A stretch of 32,000 bases of DNA from Trichodesmium erythraeum IMS101 (GCF_000014265.1 NC_008312.1:1200001-1232000), one strand, 5' to 3'. Shown: positions 9,707 through 20,023, numbered from the stretch's first letter. The notes: generated by a model from the sequence alone, not told the origin. Translations and numbers: made by a program.

Positions 9707-10323
9707 GGCATGAAAATTAAATAAGATCCAAAAATAAACATAGTAATGATAGGCTAATTGTTATAAATTCCTTTAAGCAAACTAATTCTCCTTTAGCTTG
9801 AGTTATAAATTGCGTATATTTTATCTATAGAAATAGGTTTCTTTTGACCGCCAACATATAGTTGATTGCAATATACTAAACTTTAATTCCAAATATATCT
9901 GCAACAACCAAATAGCTAATTGAATTTAGTTATTTGAATATGACTAGGATATACACCATATTTATATCTAGCTTTTAATTTAGTGTCTTTGCATAAGCCC
10001 TCAAAAATTATTAGGACAAAAACATTGACACCCATAGTAAAATAGTGTACTTAAATTAGGCATCGTTTATAAATAGTCTACTTCCTTTAATGTCCCTGTT
10101 TTAATAAATGTTAACTTTTCACCAAATGCCTTGGCGTCGTAAGTCCTGATCATCAAGATTTATAATTGTACAGCTAATTGAAACTTCCATTTTTAACAAA
10201 AAGTACTTTTTTTCAACCAAATTCAACAATAAATATCTTTATTGAACAAGCATTTAATAGTAATCTTTGATCATGGAAACATTTTTTATTTAATTAAAAC
10301 TTTATCAAGTAGGAATTCAAGTT

Positions 10324-12036
10324 ATGAGTTATCGTATGAATAGACGGACCTATGCCGAGACCTTTGGTCCAACAGTAGGCGATCGCGTTCGTTTGGCAGA
10401 TACAGAATTATTTATTCAAGTTGAAAAAGATTACACGACCTATGGTGATGAAGTCAAGTTTGGTGGTGGTAAAGTAATTCGTGATGGCATGGGACAATCT
10501 CCCATATCCCGTGAAGGTGGTGCGGTAGATTTAGTAATTACCAATGCCCTAATTTTAGATTGGTGGGGTGTGGTCAAAGCGGATATTGGAATTAAAGACG
10601 GCAAAATTCATAAAATAGGTAAAGCAGGTAATCCTTATATTCAAGATCGGGTAGATATTATCATTGGTCCATCTACTGAAATAATTGCCGGAGAAGGACA
10701 TATTATCACGGCCGGGGGAATAGATAGTCATATTCACTTTATTTGCCCTCAACAAATAGAAATAGCGATCGCTTCTGGGATAACAACAATGATAGGAGGT
10801 GGCACAGGTCCGGCCACGGGTACTAATGCTACAACCTGTACTCCTGGTCAGTGGAATATTTGGATGATGCTGCAAGCTGCCGATGCTTTTCCAATGAATT
10901 TGGGTTTTTTGGGAAAGGGAAATAGTGCCAAACCAGAAGGGTTAATAGAACAAATTAAAGCTGGAGCCATGGGTTTAAAACTTCATGAAGACTGGGGAAC
11001 AACTCCTGCCGCCATAGATACTTGTTTAAGTGTTGCCGATGAATATGACGTACAAGTAGCTATCCATACAGATACCCTTAATGAAGCAGGTTTTGTTGAA
11101 AATACGATCGCTGCCTTTAAAGATCGAGTAATTCATACCTATCATACTGAAGGTGCGGGAGGTGGACATGCACCAGACATTATTAAAGTTTGTGCCCTCA
11201 AAAACGTATTACCTTCTTCAACTAATCCGACTCGTCCTTTTACAGTCAATACTTTAGAAGAACATCTTGATATGTTAATGGTGTGTCACCACCTTGATAA
11301 AAACATTCCTGAAGATGTAGCTTTTGCTGAATCTAGAATACGTAAAGAAACTATTGCTGCAGAAGATATTCTGCATGATTTAGGAGCATTTAGCGCTATT
11401 GCGTCTGATTCTCAAGCAATGGGTAGAGTGGGAGAAGTTATTATTCGTACTTGGCAAACTGCTCACAAAATGAAAGTACAAAGAGGTATTTTAGCTTCTG
11501 AGAAAAAGGAAGTAGCAGATAATTTTCGTGCTAAACGCTACATTGCTAAATATACTATAAATCCGGCAATTATGCACGGTATTGCTGATTATGTTGGTTC
11601 TATTGAAGCCGGTAAACTAGCGGATATTTGCCTTTGGAAACCTGCTATGTTTGGGGTCAAGCCCGAAATAGTTATTAAAGGTGGTGCGATCGCTTGGGCA
11701 CAAATGGGGGACCCCAATGCTAGTATTCCGACACCCCAACCTGTATATATGCGTCCCATGTTTGGTAGCTTTGGTGGTGCAACTTCCAGTACTTCTTTAA
11801 CTTTCGTCTCTCAAGAGGCATTAGACGCTGAGATACCTAAAAAAATCAATTTAAAAACCCCTGCTGTAGCTGTGAGTAATACACGAAATATTAGCAAGGC
11901 AGACATGAAACTAAATGAAGCTACACCTAAAATAGAAGTAAACCCTGAAACTTATGAAGTGAGAGCAGATGGTGAACTATTAACTTGTGAACCTGCCTAT
12001 GTTTTACCAATGACCCAACGTTATTTTTTATTTTAA
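10324..12036 (+). CDS. ureC: Urease subunit alpha (catalytic)
   Basis: 570 aa. Motifs seen: [77 protein letters not shown]-like ([12 protein letters not shown]). Confidence 0.97.
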   Translation: MSYRMNRRTYAETFGPTVGDRVRLADTELFIQVEKDYTTYGDEVKFGGGKVIRDGMGQSPISREGGAVDLVITNALILDWWGVVKADIGIKDGKIHKIGKAGNPYIQDRVDIIIGPSTEIIAGEGHIITAGGIDSHIHFICPQQIEIAIASGITTMIGGGTGPATGTNATTCTPGQWNIWMMLQAADAFPMNLGFLGKGNSAKPEGLIEQIKAGAMGLKLHEDWGTTPAAIDTCLSVADEYDVQVAIHTDTLNEAGFVENTIAAFKDRVIHTYHTEGAGGGHAPDIIKVCALKNVLPSSTNPTRPFTVNTLEEHLDMLMVCHHLDKNIPEDVAFAESRIRKETIAAEDILHDLGAFSAIASDSQAMGRVGEVIIRTWQTAHKMKVQRGILASEKKEVADNFRAKRYIAKYTINPAIMHGIADYVGSIEAGKLADICLWKPAMFGVKPEIVIKGGAIAWAQMGDPNASIPTPQPVYMRPMFGSFGGATSSTSLTFVSQEALDAEIPKKINLKTPAVAVSNTRNISKADMKLNEATPKIEVNPETYEVRADGELLTCEPAYVLPMTQRYFLF

Positions 12037-12924
12037 ACAAAACTAATCTTTCTATGATTCAGTAAGTATTTATATTTAAGATCTCCCTGAAAATTTGACT
12101 CCTGAGCAGATAGACTTACCCAAACTCCTAGATAATACCCTATTTTTAGGGACAAATCGCGAATTGACCCTACTAGATATAGCGTTGGTGCCTAAGTCCT
12201 CATACTAACATTTTGGTAGTTTTTCAATATTTTTGGTGGTTTGCTCAATTACTTATACTCCCACTCCATCGTAGTTTTTGGGGAACTTGATATCCTCAGT
12301 AATATAATATTGATATCATTAATATCAGTGGCACAGAAGAAAAATTTTTAGCATTCATAAGGACAGCTATAGTTTTCAGCAAACACATCTTAGATAGTTC
12401 TACTTCTAATGTAGCTATCCCAACAACTGTTGCATTTTTTGTACATATTTGAACTAAGTTCAAAGCTTTTGGGGAGATACACTCAGCGATCGCTAATCTA
12501 ATCTAACCTAATTTTCTCTTTAATATTATCCTATTTTTTGATGATAAATTTTTCATTTTTATCCACCCTTCCTATATAAGTTAAATTTTTTTTCTATAGT
12601 TGATTAAAGATAGATATATTATTACCATATCCCAAATCAATTAACACCAAAAAAAGTATTTAATAATTAGAACAAATAATTAGAACAACTTGTTTATTAC
12701 AGGAGATAATCAAAATATTAAATTCGGTAATTTTGAGAGGACTAAGCCAAAGTCTTGATTAATAACTCAAACTTATTTATGTTGTTAAACAACTTAAACC
12801 ATTAAACCAGAACCTAAAGTTTGATAAGTTCCTATAAACCTATTCTTAGATAAGAGATAGACCCATGGAAACAAATAGAACAGAACCTAAGTTTTAGCAA
12901 ATTACTGAAAGCTAATTTTAAAAA

Positions 12925-13011
12925 CGGAGAGGGGGGGATTCGAACCCCCGTATGAGTCACCCCATAACAGCATTTCCAGTGCTGCGCCTTAAACCACTCG
13001 GCCACCTCTCC
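12925..13011 (-). tRNA. tRNA-Ser (anticodon GGA), class II with long variable arm, CCA not encoded
   Basis: The reverse complement is GGAGAGGTGGCCGAGTGGTTTAAGGCGCAGCACTGGAAATGCTGTTATGGGGTGACTCATACGGGGGTTCGAATCCCCCCCTCTCCG. The acceptor stem GGAGAGG/CCTCTCC pairs, the anticodon loop is CTGGAAA, the T-loop is GGTTCGAATCC, and the length is 87 nt. The track ORF 12832..13020 overlaps it and is spurious. Confidence 0.9.
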
Positions 13012-13313
13012 AGAAAACAATATTATATAATCTTTAATTTAACCGCAATTACACTATAATAGCAGAAACAACTTAAATTTAGCAACCCCCTGAAAGAAAA
13101 AAATTTTCTCTAGGATTTTGGACCAATATCAAATAAGATTAACAGTAGCAATATGCACTAATACCAATTAACCTTAAAGATGTCACAAATAGTTTCAAAC
13201 ATAAGATGTGAAAGAATTTCCTAAAATTACTGAGTGGGTCAAAGTTTTGAATATTGAAAATCTTAATCCATAAATACATGAATTTCACCCTTGGGGAAGG
13301 TAAGGGGGGAGGC

Positions 13314-13327
13314 GACTTTTGACTTCT
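13314..13327 (+). repeat. GACTTCT-family heptamer pair
   Basis: GACTTTT GACTTCT, preceded by a G-rich tract (ggtaaggggggaggc). Confidence 0.6.
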
Positions 13328-13484
13328 GTAAAACAGTTAATTGTCTTTGAAATTGGAATAAGCTAAAAAACTTTTTTAATAAACTTTTGCCTTCCGAGTA
13401 TAAGTATATAAGCTACCTTTTAGTCATATCATCAATAACTAAAGTCAAGCATCCTGAGAAATAACCATAAAATCTAAAAACGTT

Positions 13485-13853
13485 ATGTCCTCTTATCACC
13501 AGATTCACATACACGATCGCCAAAATAATAACAATTATAGACTCCAAGTTCCCGAAGATCGCTACATTCTTCACAGCGCTGAGAACCAAGGAGTAGAATT
13601 ACCATTTTCCTGCCGTAATGGCGCTTGTACTACTTGTGCAGTTAGAGTCATCTCGGGCCTTGTCTATCAACCTGAAGCAATGGGGCTATCCCTAGAGCTA
13701 CAAAAACAAGGTTATGCCCTTTTATGTGTTAGTTATGCTCGTTCTGACCTATTCGTAGAAACACAGGATGAAGATGAAGTGTATGAACTACAATTTGGTC
13801 GCTACTTTGGTAAAGGAAAGATGCGAATTGGACTGCCATTGGATGAAGACTAG
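13485..13853 (+). CDS. Plant-type [2Fe-2S] ferredoxin with C-terminal extension (Fed2/FdC2-like)
   Basis: 122 aa. The cluster ligand pattern is SCRNGACTTCA...LLCVSY (C-x4-C-x2-C...C). An extended tail, DEDEVYELQFGRYFGKGKMRIGLPLDED, follows the ferredoxin fold. Confidence 0.85.
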   Translation: MSSYHQIHIHDRQNNNNYRLQVPEDRYILHSAENQGVELPFSCRNGACTTCAVRVISGLVYQPEAMGLSLELQKQGYALLCVSYARSDLFVETQDEDEVYELQFGRYFGKGKMRIGLPLDED

Positions 13854-14370
13854 AATAATTTATCTACTTATGGCCTCCATATTTTTAGTTAGTTGTCAAA
13901 ACCATTACTTTAACTCAGACAAAATGACTAGAGTAGAAAGGGTGGTTAGTGGCCAAACTATAGAAATAGCTGACCGTTCCGTGGCTGTACCTGTACTAGA
14001 ACCAATTCGCCTAATTGGTATTCAAGCGCCAGATATTAGACAAAAACCTTGGGGACAAGAAGCAAAAATTCAACTAGAAAAATTAACTTTGGGGCAAGAA
14101 GTATTCTTAGAATTTGATGTTGAGGAGAAAGATAGATTCGATAACCTACTAGCTTATGTTTGGCTAGAAAAAAAACTAATCAATGAATTTTTGGTAAAAG
14201 AAGGTTGGGCTTTAGCAAAGCCAGATTTTCCTAATACTAAGTACATGGAACGTCTAATTCATGCTCAAGAAAGAGCTAGAATTATGGGACTAGGTATTTG
14301 GAACCCAGACCAACCAATGCGTCAAACTCCTGCACAATTTCGTAGACAAAATCTTGATAAAAAAAGATAG
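13843..14370 (+). CDS. Staphylococcal-nuclease (SNase/thermonuclease)-like lipoprotein
   Basis: The track ORF begins at 13768, inside the ferredoxin gene. The in-frame ATG at 13843 gives MKTRIIYLLMASIFLVSCQ, a signal peptide with lipobox L-V-S-C. The SNase-like core is RVVSGQTIEI...IRLIGIQAPD...WGQEAK..LE.L..GQEV.LEFD.E.KDRF.NLLAYVW....INE.LVKEGWA. With this start the overlap with the ferredoxin gene is 11 nt. Confidence 0.8.
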   Translation: MKTRIIYLLMASIFLVSCQNHYFNSDKMTRVERVVSGQTIEIADRSVAVPVLEPIRLIGIQAPDIRQKPWGQEAKIQLEKLTLGQEVFLEFDVEEKDRFDNLLAYVWLEKKLINEFLVKEGWALAKPDFPNTKYMERLIHAQERARIMGLGIWNPDQPMRQTPAQFRRQNLDKKR

Positions 14371-14727
14371 TAGATTTTAGTTAGAATTCTCCAGTCGTTT
14401 TTAGGCGCGGTGAGAATTCTATTAAGCTCAAACTCAGGGAAGTTTAAAACTGCAAAAGCAACTCTTTTCAGACGGTGAGCGTGAAACCTTGACCCTAGTC
14501 AAATCCCTTGTCTACCTATCATATCAGTTTTTTTGTCTCGGACTAAATATAGGTGGTTAACTAATTAAAATAACATATGTATCCAAAAAAAACAACTAAA
14601 AAGTTGCGGCCTTGTGGAAAAGGCTTTAAAACTAACTTTTAGATCAGCTTATCTGATATAAAATACTACAGGTTATAGGTAAATTATTAGTTTTTCGTCT
14701 TAATATTAATCAAGTTAATTATTTTTT

Positions 14728-15552
14728 ATGAGTATAGAGGAATTAGAATTTTTCTTGGATATTGCGACTGAAGCTGCTCTTGCTGGTGGTGCAGAGTTAA
14801 TATCTTACTGGGGTAATCTCCAAAATATTCAAGAAAAAGGTAGTCCAGGAAATTTGGTAACTGAAGCAGACAAAGCAGCAGAAGAGGTGATCATTAAAGT
14901 TTTACAACGACATTTGCCAGAGCATGGCATTTTGAGCGAAGAAGCAGGAGAGTTGGGAAGTAGAAAAAGTAGATATCTATGGGCAATAGACCCTTTGGAC
15001 GGTACTACTAATTTTGCTCACCAATATCCTTTTTCAGCTTCTTCGGTAGGATTATTAATTGATGGAGTCCCACAGGTGGGAGTAGTATTTAATCCAATTC
15101 TAGAAGAATTGTTTCGTGCTGCTAAAGGGTTGGGGGCAACTCGCAACCGAAAGCCAATTTCTGTTTCTAAAACTACTACTTTACAAAAAAGTTTAGTAAT
15201 TACCGGTTTTGCTTATGACCGTCGGGAAACAACAGATAATAACTATAAAGAGTTTTGCCAAATGTGTCATTTAACTCAAGGAGTAAGACGTTCCGGATGT
15301 GCTTCTTATGATTTATCTTCTATTGCTTGTGGTCGTGCAGATGGTTATTGGGAAAGAGGTTTGTCTCCTTGGGATATAGCTGCTGGTATAGTGGTTTTAG
15401 AAGAAGCAGGAGGAAAAGTGACGGCTTACAATAGTAGTCCTTTCGATATCAAGTCGGGCAAAATTTTAGCTACTAATGGCAAAATTCACGATTTGATGAG
15501 TAAAGCTTTGATTGAAACTCCACCTTTAGCTCATTGGAATACGGAATACTAG
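14728..15552 (+). CDS. Inositol monophosphatase family protein (SuhB-like)
   Basis: 274 aa. The IMPase signatures are WAIDPLDGTTNF and WDIAAG, plus the EEAG metal-binding region. Confidence 0.85.
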   Translation: MSIEELEFFLDIATEAALAGGAELISYWGNLQNIQEKGSPGNLVTEADKAAEEVIIKVLQRHLPEHGILSEEAGELGSRKSRYLWAIDPLDGTTNFAHQYPFSASSVGLLIDGVPQVGVVFNPILEELFRAAKGLGATRNRKPISVSKTTTLQKSLVITGFAYDRRETTDNNYKEFCQMCHLTQGVRRSGCASYDLSSIACGRADGYWERGLSPWDIAAGIVVLEEAGGKVTAYNSSPFDIKSGKILATNGKIHDLMSKALIETPPLAHWNTEY

Positions 15553-15667
15553 TGGTTGTAAATTATAATGGTAATCTATTTTCATGATTTGGGTCTAACT
15601 AACAATTCATTTCACAGAAAATTTGCATACCAGCAGGAAAATAGGGCTTGTACATTCAGTCATGGAT

Positions 15668-15684
15668 GACTTCTGACTTCTGAG
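15668..15684 (+). repeat. GACTTCT-family heptamer repeat
   Basis: GACTTCT GACTTCT GAG, followed by a G-rich tract (gtagggaatggcagtggg). Confidence 0.7.
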
Positions 15685-16099
15685 GTAGGGAATGGCAGTG
15701 GGAGCGTCTTACTTCTATAGACATCTAAAAAAAATACTGATTGATTTGGGAATGGCGGCGCAAGGGTTTCATCACCGTTTTTGGATGTGTTTCATGTTTG
15801 GTATTGTTGATTCACATCTATACATTACACAAGTATAATTACCGTATACTACAGCTATTTTCAGAAATATAGAACATATCCTTAATATCAAATCCGGTTG
15901 AAGAGTTATTCTCTAGTTGGAGGTAGGGGGTAGGGTAAATTGAAGTAATTATAGAATTCTAAATATATACTATATAACTAGATTCTATATAAGAAGAAAA
16001 ATCCTTGTAGGAATGTTTCATAGAACTTCTGTATTTTTGTCTACTAATTATGAACAATACTATAAATTACATTTAATAGAAATTTGAGGAGTATTTATA

Positions 16100-17077
16100 A
16101 TGTTTATTTTTTCACAGGGATTATTTAAATTTGATTTTACAGACCATCATGCAATTTTAGGAGTTTCTCTGGATGCGGAGTTTGATGAGATTCGGAAAAG
16201 ATATATGTGGCTGGCACGTCGTTTACACCCTGATACCTGTCCTTTTGAAAAGGATATAGATAAGGAATTGGCTAATGAGTTATTATCTAAATTTGTGAGT
16301 CCAGCTTATAATAAATTTTCTAAGAAAAAGGAGCGCGCTGAACTTTTTGTCGTCCTTAAGGAATTAAGGAATAATATTACTTATAACCGTAGTCAGATTG
16401 AACTGAAAACTGATATAGCTAAACAAATTGCTCACGGGGGAAATTACAAAAAAACATATAAATTAGCTATTCAAGAATTGAGCGATCGCCAGTATCAATA
16501 TTTAGATAAAACTTTAGAAATTACAGGAGAAATTAGTGAGCTAAACTTAGCTTATCTTCTACGTAAACAAACTCAAAATCAAGATTATGTAATGCCACAG
16601 CGACCACCAACACAACCACCTAAAGATAACAATAAATCTACAACTATAAAACCAAAGGCTCAAAATTCTTTGGTAGATCAAGCTTGCCGTCGTGCAGAAA
16701 CTTTCATTTCTACGAAAAATTATGCTCAAGCAATTTTGGAGTTGAAAGGTACTCTAAAAACAGATCCAAATGATAGTCGTTATCATGCTTTATTAGGATT
16801 TTGCTATTTACACCAAAATCAAAATACAATGGCAAAAATTGAAATTAAAAAAGCTCTATCATTAAACCCTAAAGATCCAAAAGCATTAGAGGTACAAAAA
16901 ATATTGGAACAAGCTAAATCTAGTAATAATGATAGGAAAAAAACAGGTAAAGTAGCAAGTAAAACTAAACAGAAAGTAAATAAAACTGAGGTAGCAAGTA
17001 AAACTAAACAGAAAGTAAATAAAACTGAGCAAGCGGGTGGTTTATTTGGAGCTCTTTTTGGCAGGAATAAAAAGTAA
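16100..17077 (+). CDS. J-domain protein with C-terminal TPR region and Lys-rich tail
   Basis: 325 aa, with a GAGGAG Shine-Dalgarno sequence 8 nt upstream. The J-domain is DHHAILGVSLDAEFDEIRKRYMWLARRLHPD. TPR-like units are YAQAILELKGTLKTDPNDSRYHALLGFCYLHQNQNTMAKIEIKKALSLNPKDPKA. Confidence 0.8.
   Translation: MFIFSQGLFKFDFTDHHAILGVSLDAEFDEIRKRYMWLARRLHPDTCPFEKDIDKELANELLSKFVSPAYNKFSKKKERAELFVVLKELRNNITYNRSQIELKTDIAKQIAHGGNYKKTYKLAIQELSDRQYQYLDKTLEITGEISELNLAYLLRKQTQNQDYVMPQRPPTQPPKDNNKSTTIKPKAQNSLVDQACRRAETFISTKNYAQAILELKGTLKTDPNDSRYHALLGFCYLHQNQNTMAKIEIKKALSLNPKDPKALEVQKILEQAKSSNNDRKKTGKVASKTKQKVNKTEVASKTKQKVNKTEQAGGLFGALFGRNKK
16952..17029 (+). repeat. Perfect 39-bp in-frame tandem duplication inside the J-domain/TPR gene
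   Basis: GTAGCAAGTAAAACTAAACAGAAAGTAAATAAAACTGAG occurs twice back to back (16952-16990 and 16991-17029), encoding VASKTKQKVNKTE x2. Confidence 0.9.
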
Positions 17078-17232
17078 GGAATAAAAATGTTTTTAAAGGT
17101 TATAGGCTAAGAGCACAGATACCTCATTCCTACCTAATAACTCTAGCTCTTAATTCCTATGACCAGGGGACGACTTTATGCAAAATCCCTACTTACTCTC
17201 TGCTCTAAAGAAAAAAATATCTGAGGTTAAAA

Positions 17233-18636
17233 ATGGCAAAAGCAGATAAAATTAATTATAGTTGTCCGAGTGGTTTTCCCGAATTTCTACCTGGTGAAAA
17301 ACGATTGGAAAGTTATTTAATGGATACAATTCGTCAGGTGTTTGAACGCTACGGATTTACACCTATTGAAACTCCAGCAGTAGAACGTTTAGAAGTACTA
17401 CAAGCTAAAGGAAATCAAGGGGATAATATTGTTTATGGTTTATCTCCAATTTTACCTCCAAATCGTCAGGCAGAAAAAGACCAAGCAGGAGATAGTGGTT
17501 CAGAAGAAAGGGGGTTAAAATTTGACCAAACTGTTCCTTTAGCTGCTTATATTGCTCGGCATTTAAATGCTTTAAATTTTCCTTTTGCTCGTTATCAAAT
17601 GGATGTGGTTTTTCGAGGTGAGCGGGCAAAAGATGGTCGTTTTCGACAGTTCAGACAATGCGATATTGATGTTGTAGGTAGAGGAAAATTAAGTTTATTA
17701 TATGATGCACAAATTCCAGCTATTATTGCTGAAATATTTGAAGCTATTAAAATTGGAGATTTTCTAATAAGGATTAATAATCGTAAGGTTTTGACTGGTT
17801 TTTTTGCATCTGTGGGTGTGTTAGTAGAGAATATTGTTTCCTGTATTCGGATTGTTGATACTGTGGAAAAAGTGGGAGAAGTCAAGGTAAAAAAAGCTTT
17901 GAAAGAAATTGGTTTATCTGAAGATCAAGTAGAAAAAGTTTGGGATTTTACTAATATTAAGGGTACCGTTGATGATGTTTTAGATAAGTTGAAAAGTATG
18001 ACAAAAACTGTGGAAAATTCTGAGGTTTTAAGTCAGGGAATTTATGAGTTAGAAACAGTAATTTCTGGGGTCAGAAATTTGGGAGTTTCAGACCAACGTT
18101 TTTGTATTGATCTATCAATAGCTAGGGGATTAGATTATTATACAGGTACAGTTTATGAAACGACTTTAATAGGGCATGAAGCTTTAGGAAGTATTTGTTC
18201 TGGGGGTAGATATGAAGAATTAGTTGGAACGTTTATTGGGGAAAAAATGCCTGGGGTTGGTATTTCTATTGGTTTAACTAGATTAATGAGTCGTTTATTA
18301 AAGGCGGGTATTCTGGAATCTTTTGCTCCTACTCCAGCAACAGTTATGGTTGTGAATATGCAGGAAAGTTTGATGGCTACTTATTTGGATGTTTCCCAAA
18401 AATTGCGTCGTAGTGGGATGAATGTTATAACAAGTTTTGATGGTCGTGGAGTTGGAAAACAATTACAACAAGCTGATAAGCAGAAAATTCCTTTTTGCAT
18501 TATTATTGGCTCTGAGGAAGCAGCAGCTAATATGTGTAGTTTAAAAGATTTAAGAACTGGAGAACAAATGAAAGTGCCTATAGGGAGTTTAGCAGATGTA
18601 TTAAAACAAAGACTGAGTAATATCATCTCTGGTTGA
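17233..18636 (+). CDS. hisS: Histidine--tRNA ligase
   Basis: 467 aa. Class II aaRS motifs: FRGERAKDGRFRQFRQCDIDVVG (motif 2 region), GGRYEELV and GISIGLTRL (motif 3). The C-terminal anticodon-binding domain is VMVVNM...QQADKQKIPFCIIIGSEE. Confidence 0.9.
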   Translation: MAKADKINYSCPSGFPEFLPGEKRLESYLMDTIRQVFERYGFTPIETPAVERLEVLQAKGNQGDNIVYGLSPILPPNRQAEKDQAGDSGSEERGLKFDQTVPLAAYIARHLNALNFPFARYQMDVVFRGERAKDGRFRQFRQCDIDVVGRGKLSLLYDAQIPAIIAEIFEAIKIGDFLIRINNRKVLTGFFASVGVLVENIVSCIRIVDTVEKVGEVKVKKALKEIGLSEDQVEKVWDFTNIKGTVDDVLDKLKSMTKTVENSEVLSQGIYELETVISGVRNLGVSDQRFCIDLSIARGLDYYTGTVYETTLIGHEALGSICSGGRYEELVGTFIGEKMPGVGISIGLTRLMSRLLKAGILESFAPTPATVMVVNMQESLMATYLDVSQKLRRSGMNVITSFDGRGVGKQLQQADKQKIPFCIIIGSEEAAANMCSLKDLRTGEQMKVPIGSLADVLKQRLSNIISG

Positions 18637-18734
18637 ATATTTATAATTAAGTTTTGTAGTAGGGCTTTAGCTTTATTTTTCTTAGGGCTAAGACTCTACT
18701 ATAAACAATTTTTTTTTGACCACTTACTATTTGG

Positions 18735-19425
<691 letters not shown>

Positions 19426-19543
19426 TGTAGGGCTAGCTCTGGTGGATGTAGTAACATTCTGTAAGGGTAACCCAGGGACAATAAGGCTTTCTTGGGTTTC
19501 ATTTTGTTCTACAAAGGCCTACATATTTAGGCATATCAGTCGA

Positions 19544-19571
19544 GTCGGGATATTCTATTGAATATCCCGAC
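19544..19571. other. Perfect 12-bp stem / 4-nt loop hairpin in the convergent intergenic region
   Basis: GTCGGGATATTC tatt GAATATCCCGAC is a perfect inverted repeat. It has no flanking T/A run on either strand. Confidence 0.8.
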
Positions 19572-19600
19572 AAAGGTTAGCAAGTAAGCATGAATTGTCA

Positions 19601-20023
19601 TTAATTTTTATCAATTTTCTCTGGTGGAAATGTAAGAAAGTTTCCCACCCCACCAATAGTATGATATCTATTACCATGAAATTCAGTTGTATAAGTACTA
19701 AATAATATTAAGTTTTGACGTCTGGTGGCATTATCCATTAATTCTTTAATAGTAGTTCTTTGACTTTTAATTAACTTTTCACAACTCTTAATTAAACTTT
19801 CTGTATAATCATTCAAAAAGTCTGGCACTTTAGATTCTTTACAAACAGATTCTTTAATCTGAGTTGCCAGTTTATTAGAAGCATAATTAACATATTCATC
19901 TCTAGGAGGATTAGTAAATCCCAATACTGTAGCTCCTACTGTTAAAGCGATCGCTCCTGCTTTGCTTATACCCCAAAATAGGGGTGGTTTGGTATAGCCA
20001 TTGGATTTCTTATCTTGTAACAT
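19601..20023 (-). CDS. Small N-terminally membrane-anchored conserved cyanobacterial protein (DUF4359-like)
   Basis: 140 aa. A TM segment (GAIALTVGATVLGF) is followed by TNPPRDEYVNYASNKL...C...C...RRQNLILFSTYTTEF. This pattern matches my recollection of the DUF4359 family; the assignment is from memory only. Confidence 0.55.
   Translation of the reverse strand: MLQDKKSNGYTKPPLFWGISKAGAIALTVGATVLGFTNPPRDEYVNYASNKLATQIKESVCKESKVPDFLNDYTESLIKSCEKLIKSQRTTIKELMDNATRRQNLILFSTYTTEFHGNRYHTIGGVGNFLTFPPEKIDKN

Noticed and set aside
12832-13020. Track ORF 12832..13020 (-), 62 aa.
   Set aside because: It is the translation of the tRNA-Ser gene and its flank (contains ..AEWFKAQHW.. from the tRNA sequence), so it is not a protein gene.
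13768-13842. The long N-terminal extension of the SNase-like ORF (track start 13768).
   Set aside because: It would overlap the ferredoxin gene by 86 nt and would place 25 non-signal residues before a textbook lipoprotein signal peptide. The internal ATG at 13843 is more plausible.
14383-14420. A 9-bp inverted repeat (AGAATTCTC ... GAGAATTCT) 3' of the SNase-like gene, as an intrinsic terminator.
   Set aside because: It has a 20-nt loop and no following T-run, and each arm is built around a palindromic GAATTC. It is not convincing as a Rho-independent terminator.
15692-15838. A 48-codon ORF (MAVGASYFYRHLKKILIDLGMAAQGFHHRFWMCFMFGIVDSHLYITQV) in a slightly GC-richer island of the IMPase/J-protein spacer.
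   Set aside because: It is below any reasonable length threshold, has no ribosome-binding site and no recognisable family, and begins inside a G-rich repeat tract. It is noted only as a candidate for ribosome-profiling data.
3898-18626. Antisense or out-of-frame track ORFs inside well-supported genes: 3898..4089, 6940..7164, 9313..9585, 10555..10875, 17405..17629, 17595..17885, 18381..18626, and also 27295..27552.
   Set aside because: Each lies within, or mostly within (6940..7164 begins just upstream of ureG), a gene with strong family motifs on the other strand or frame (rsmB, ureG, ureF, ureC, hisS, Rpn-like).
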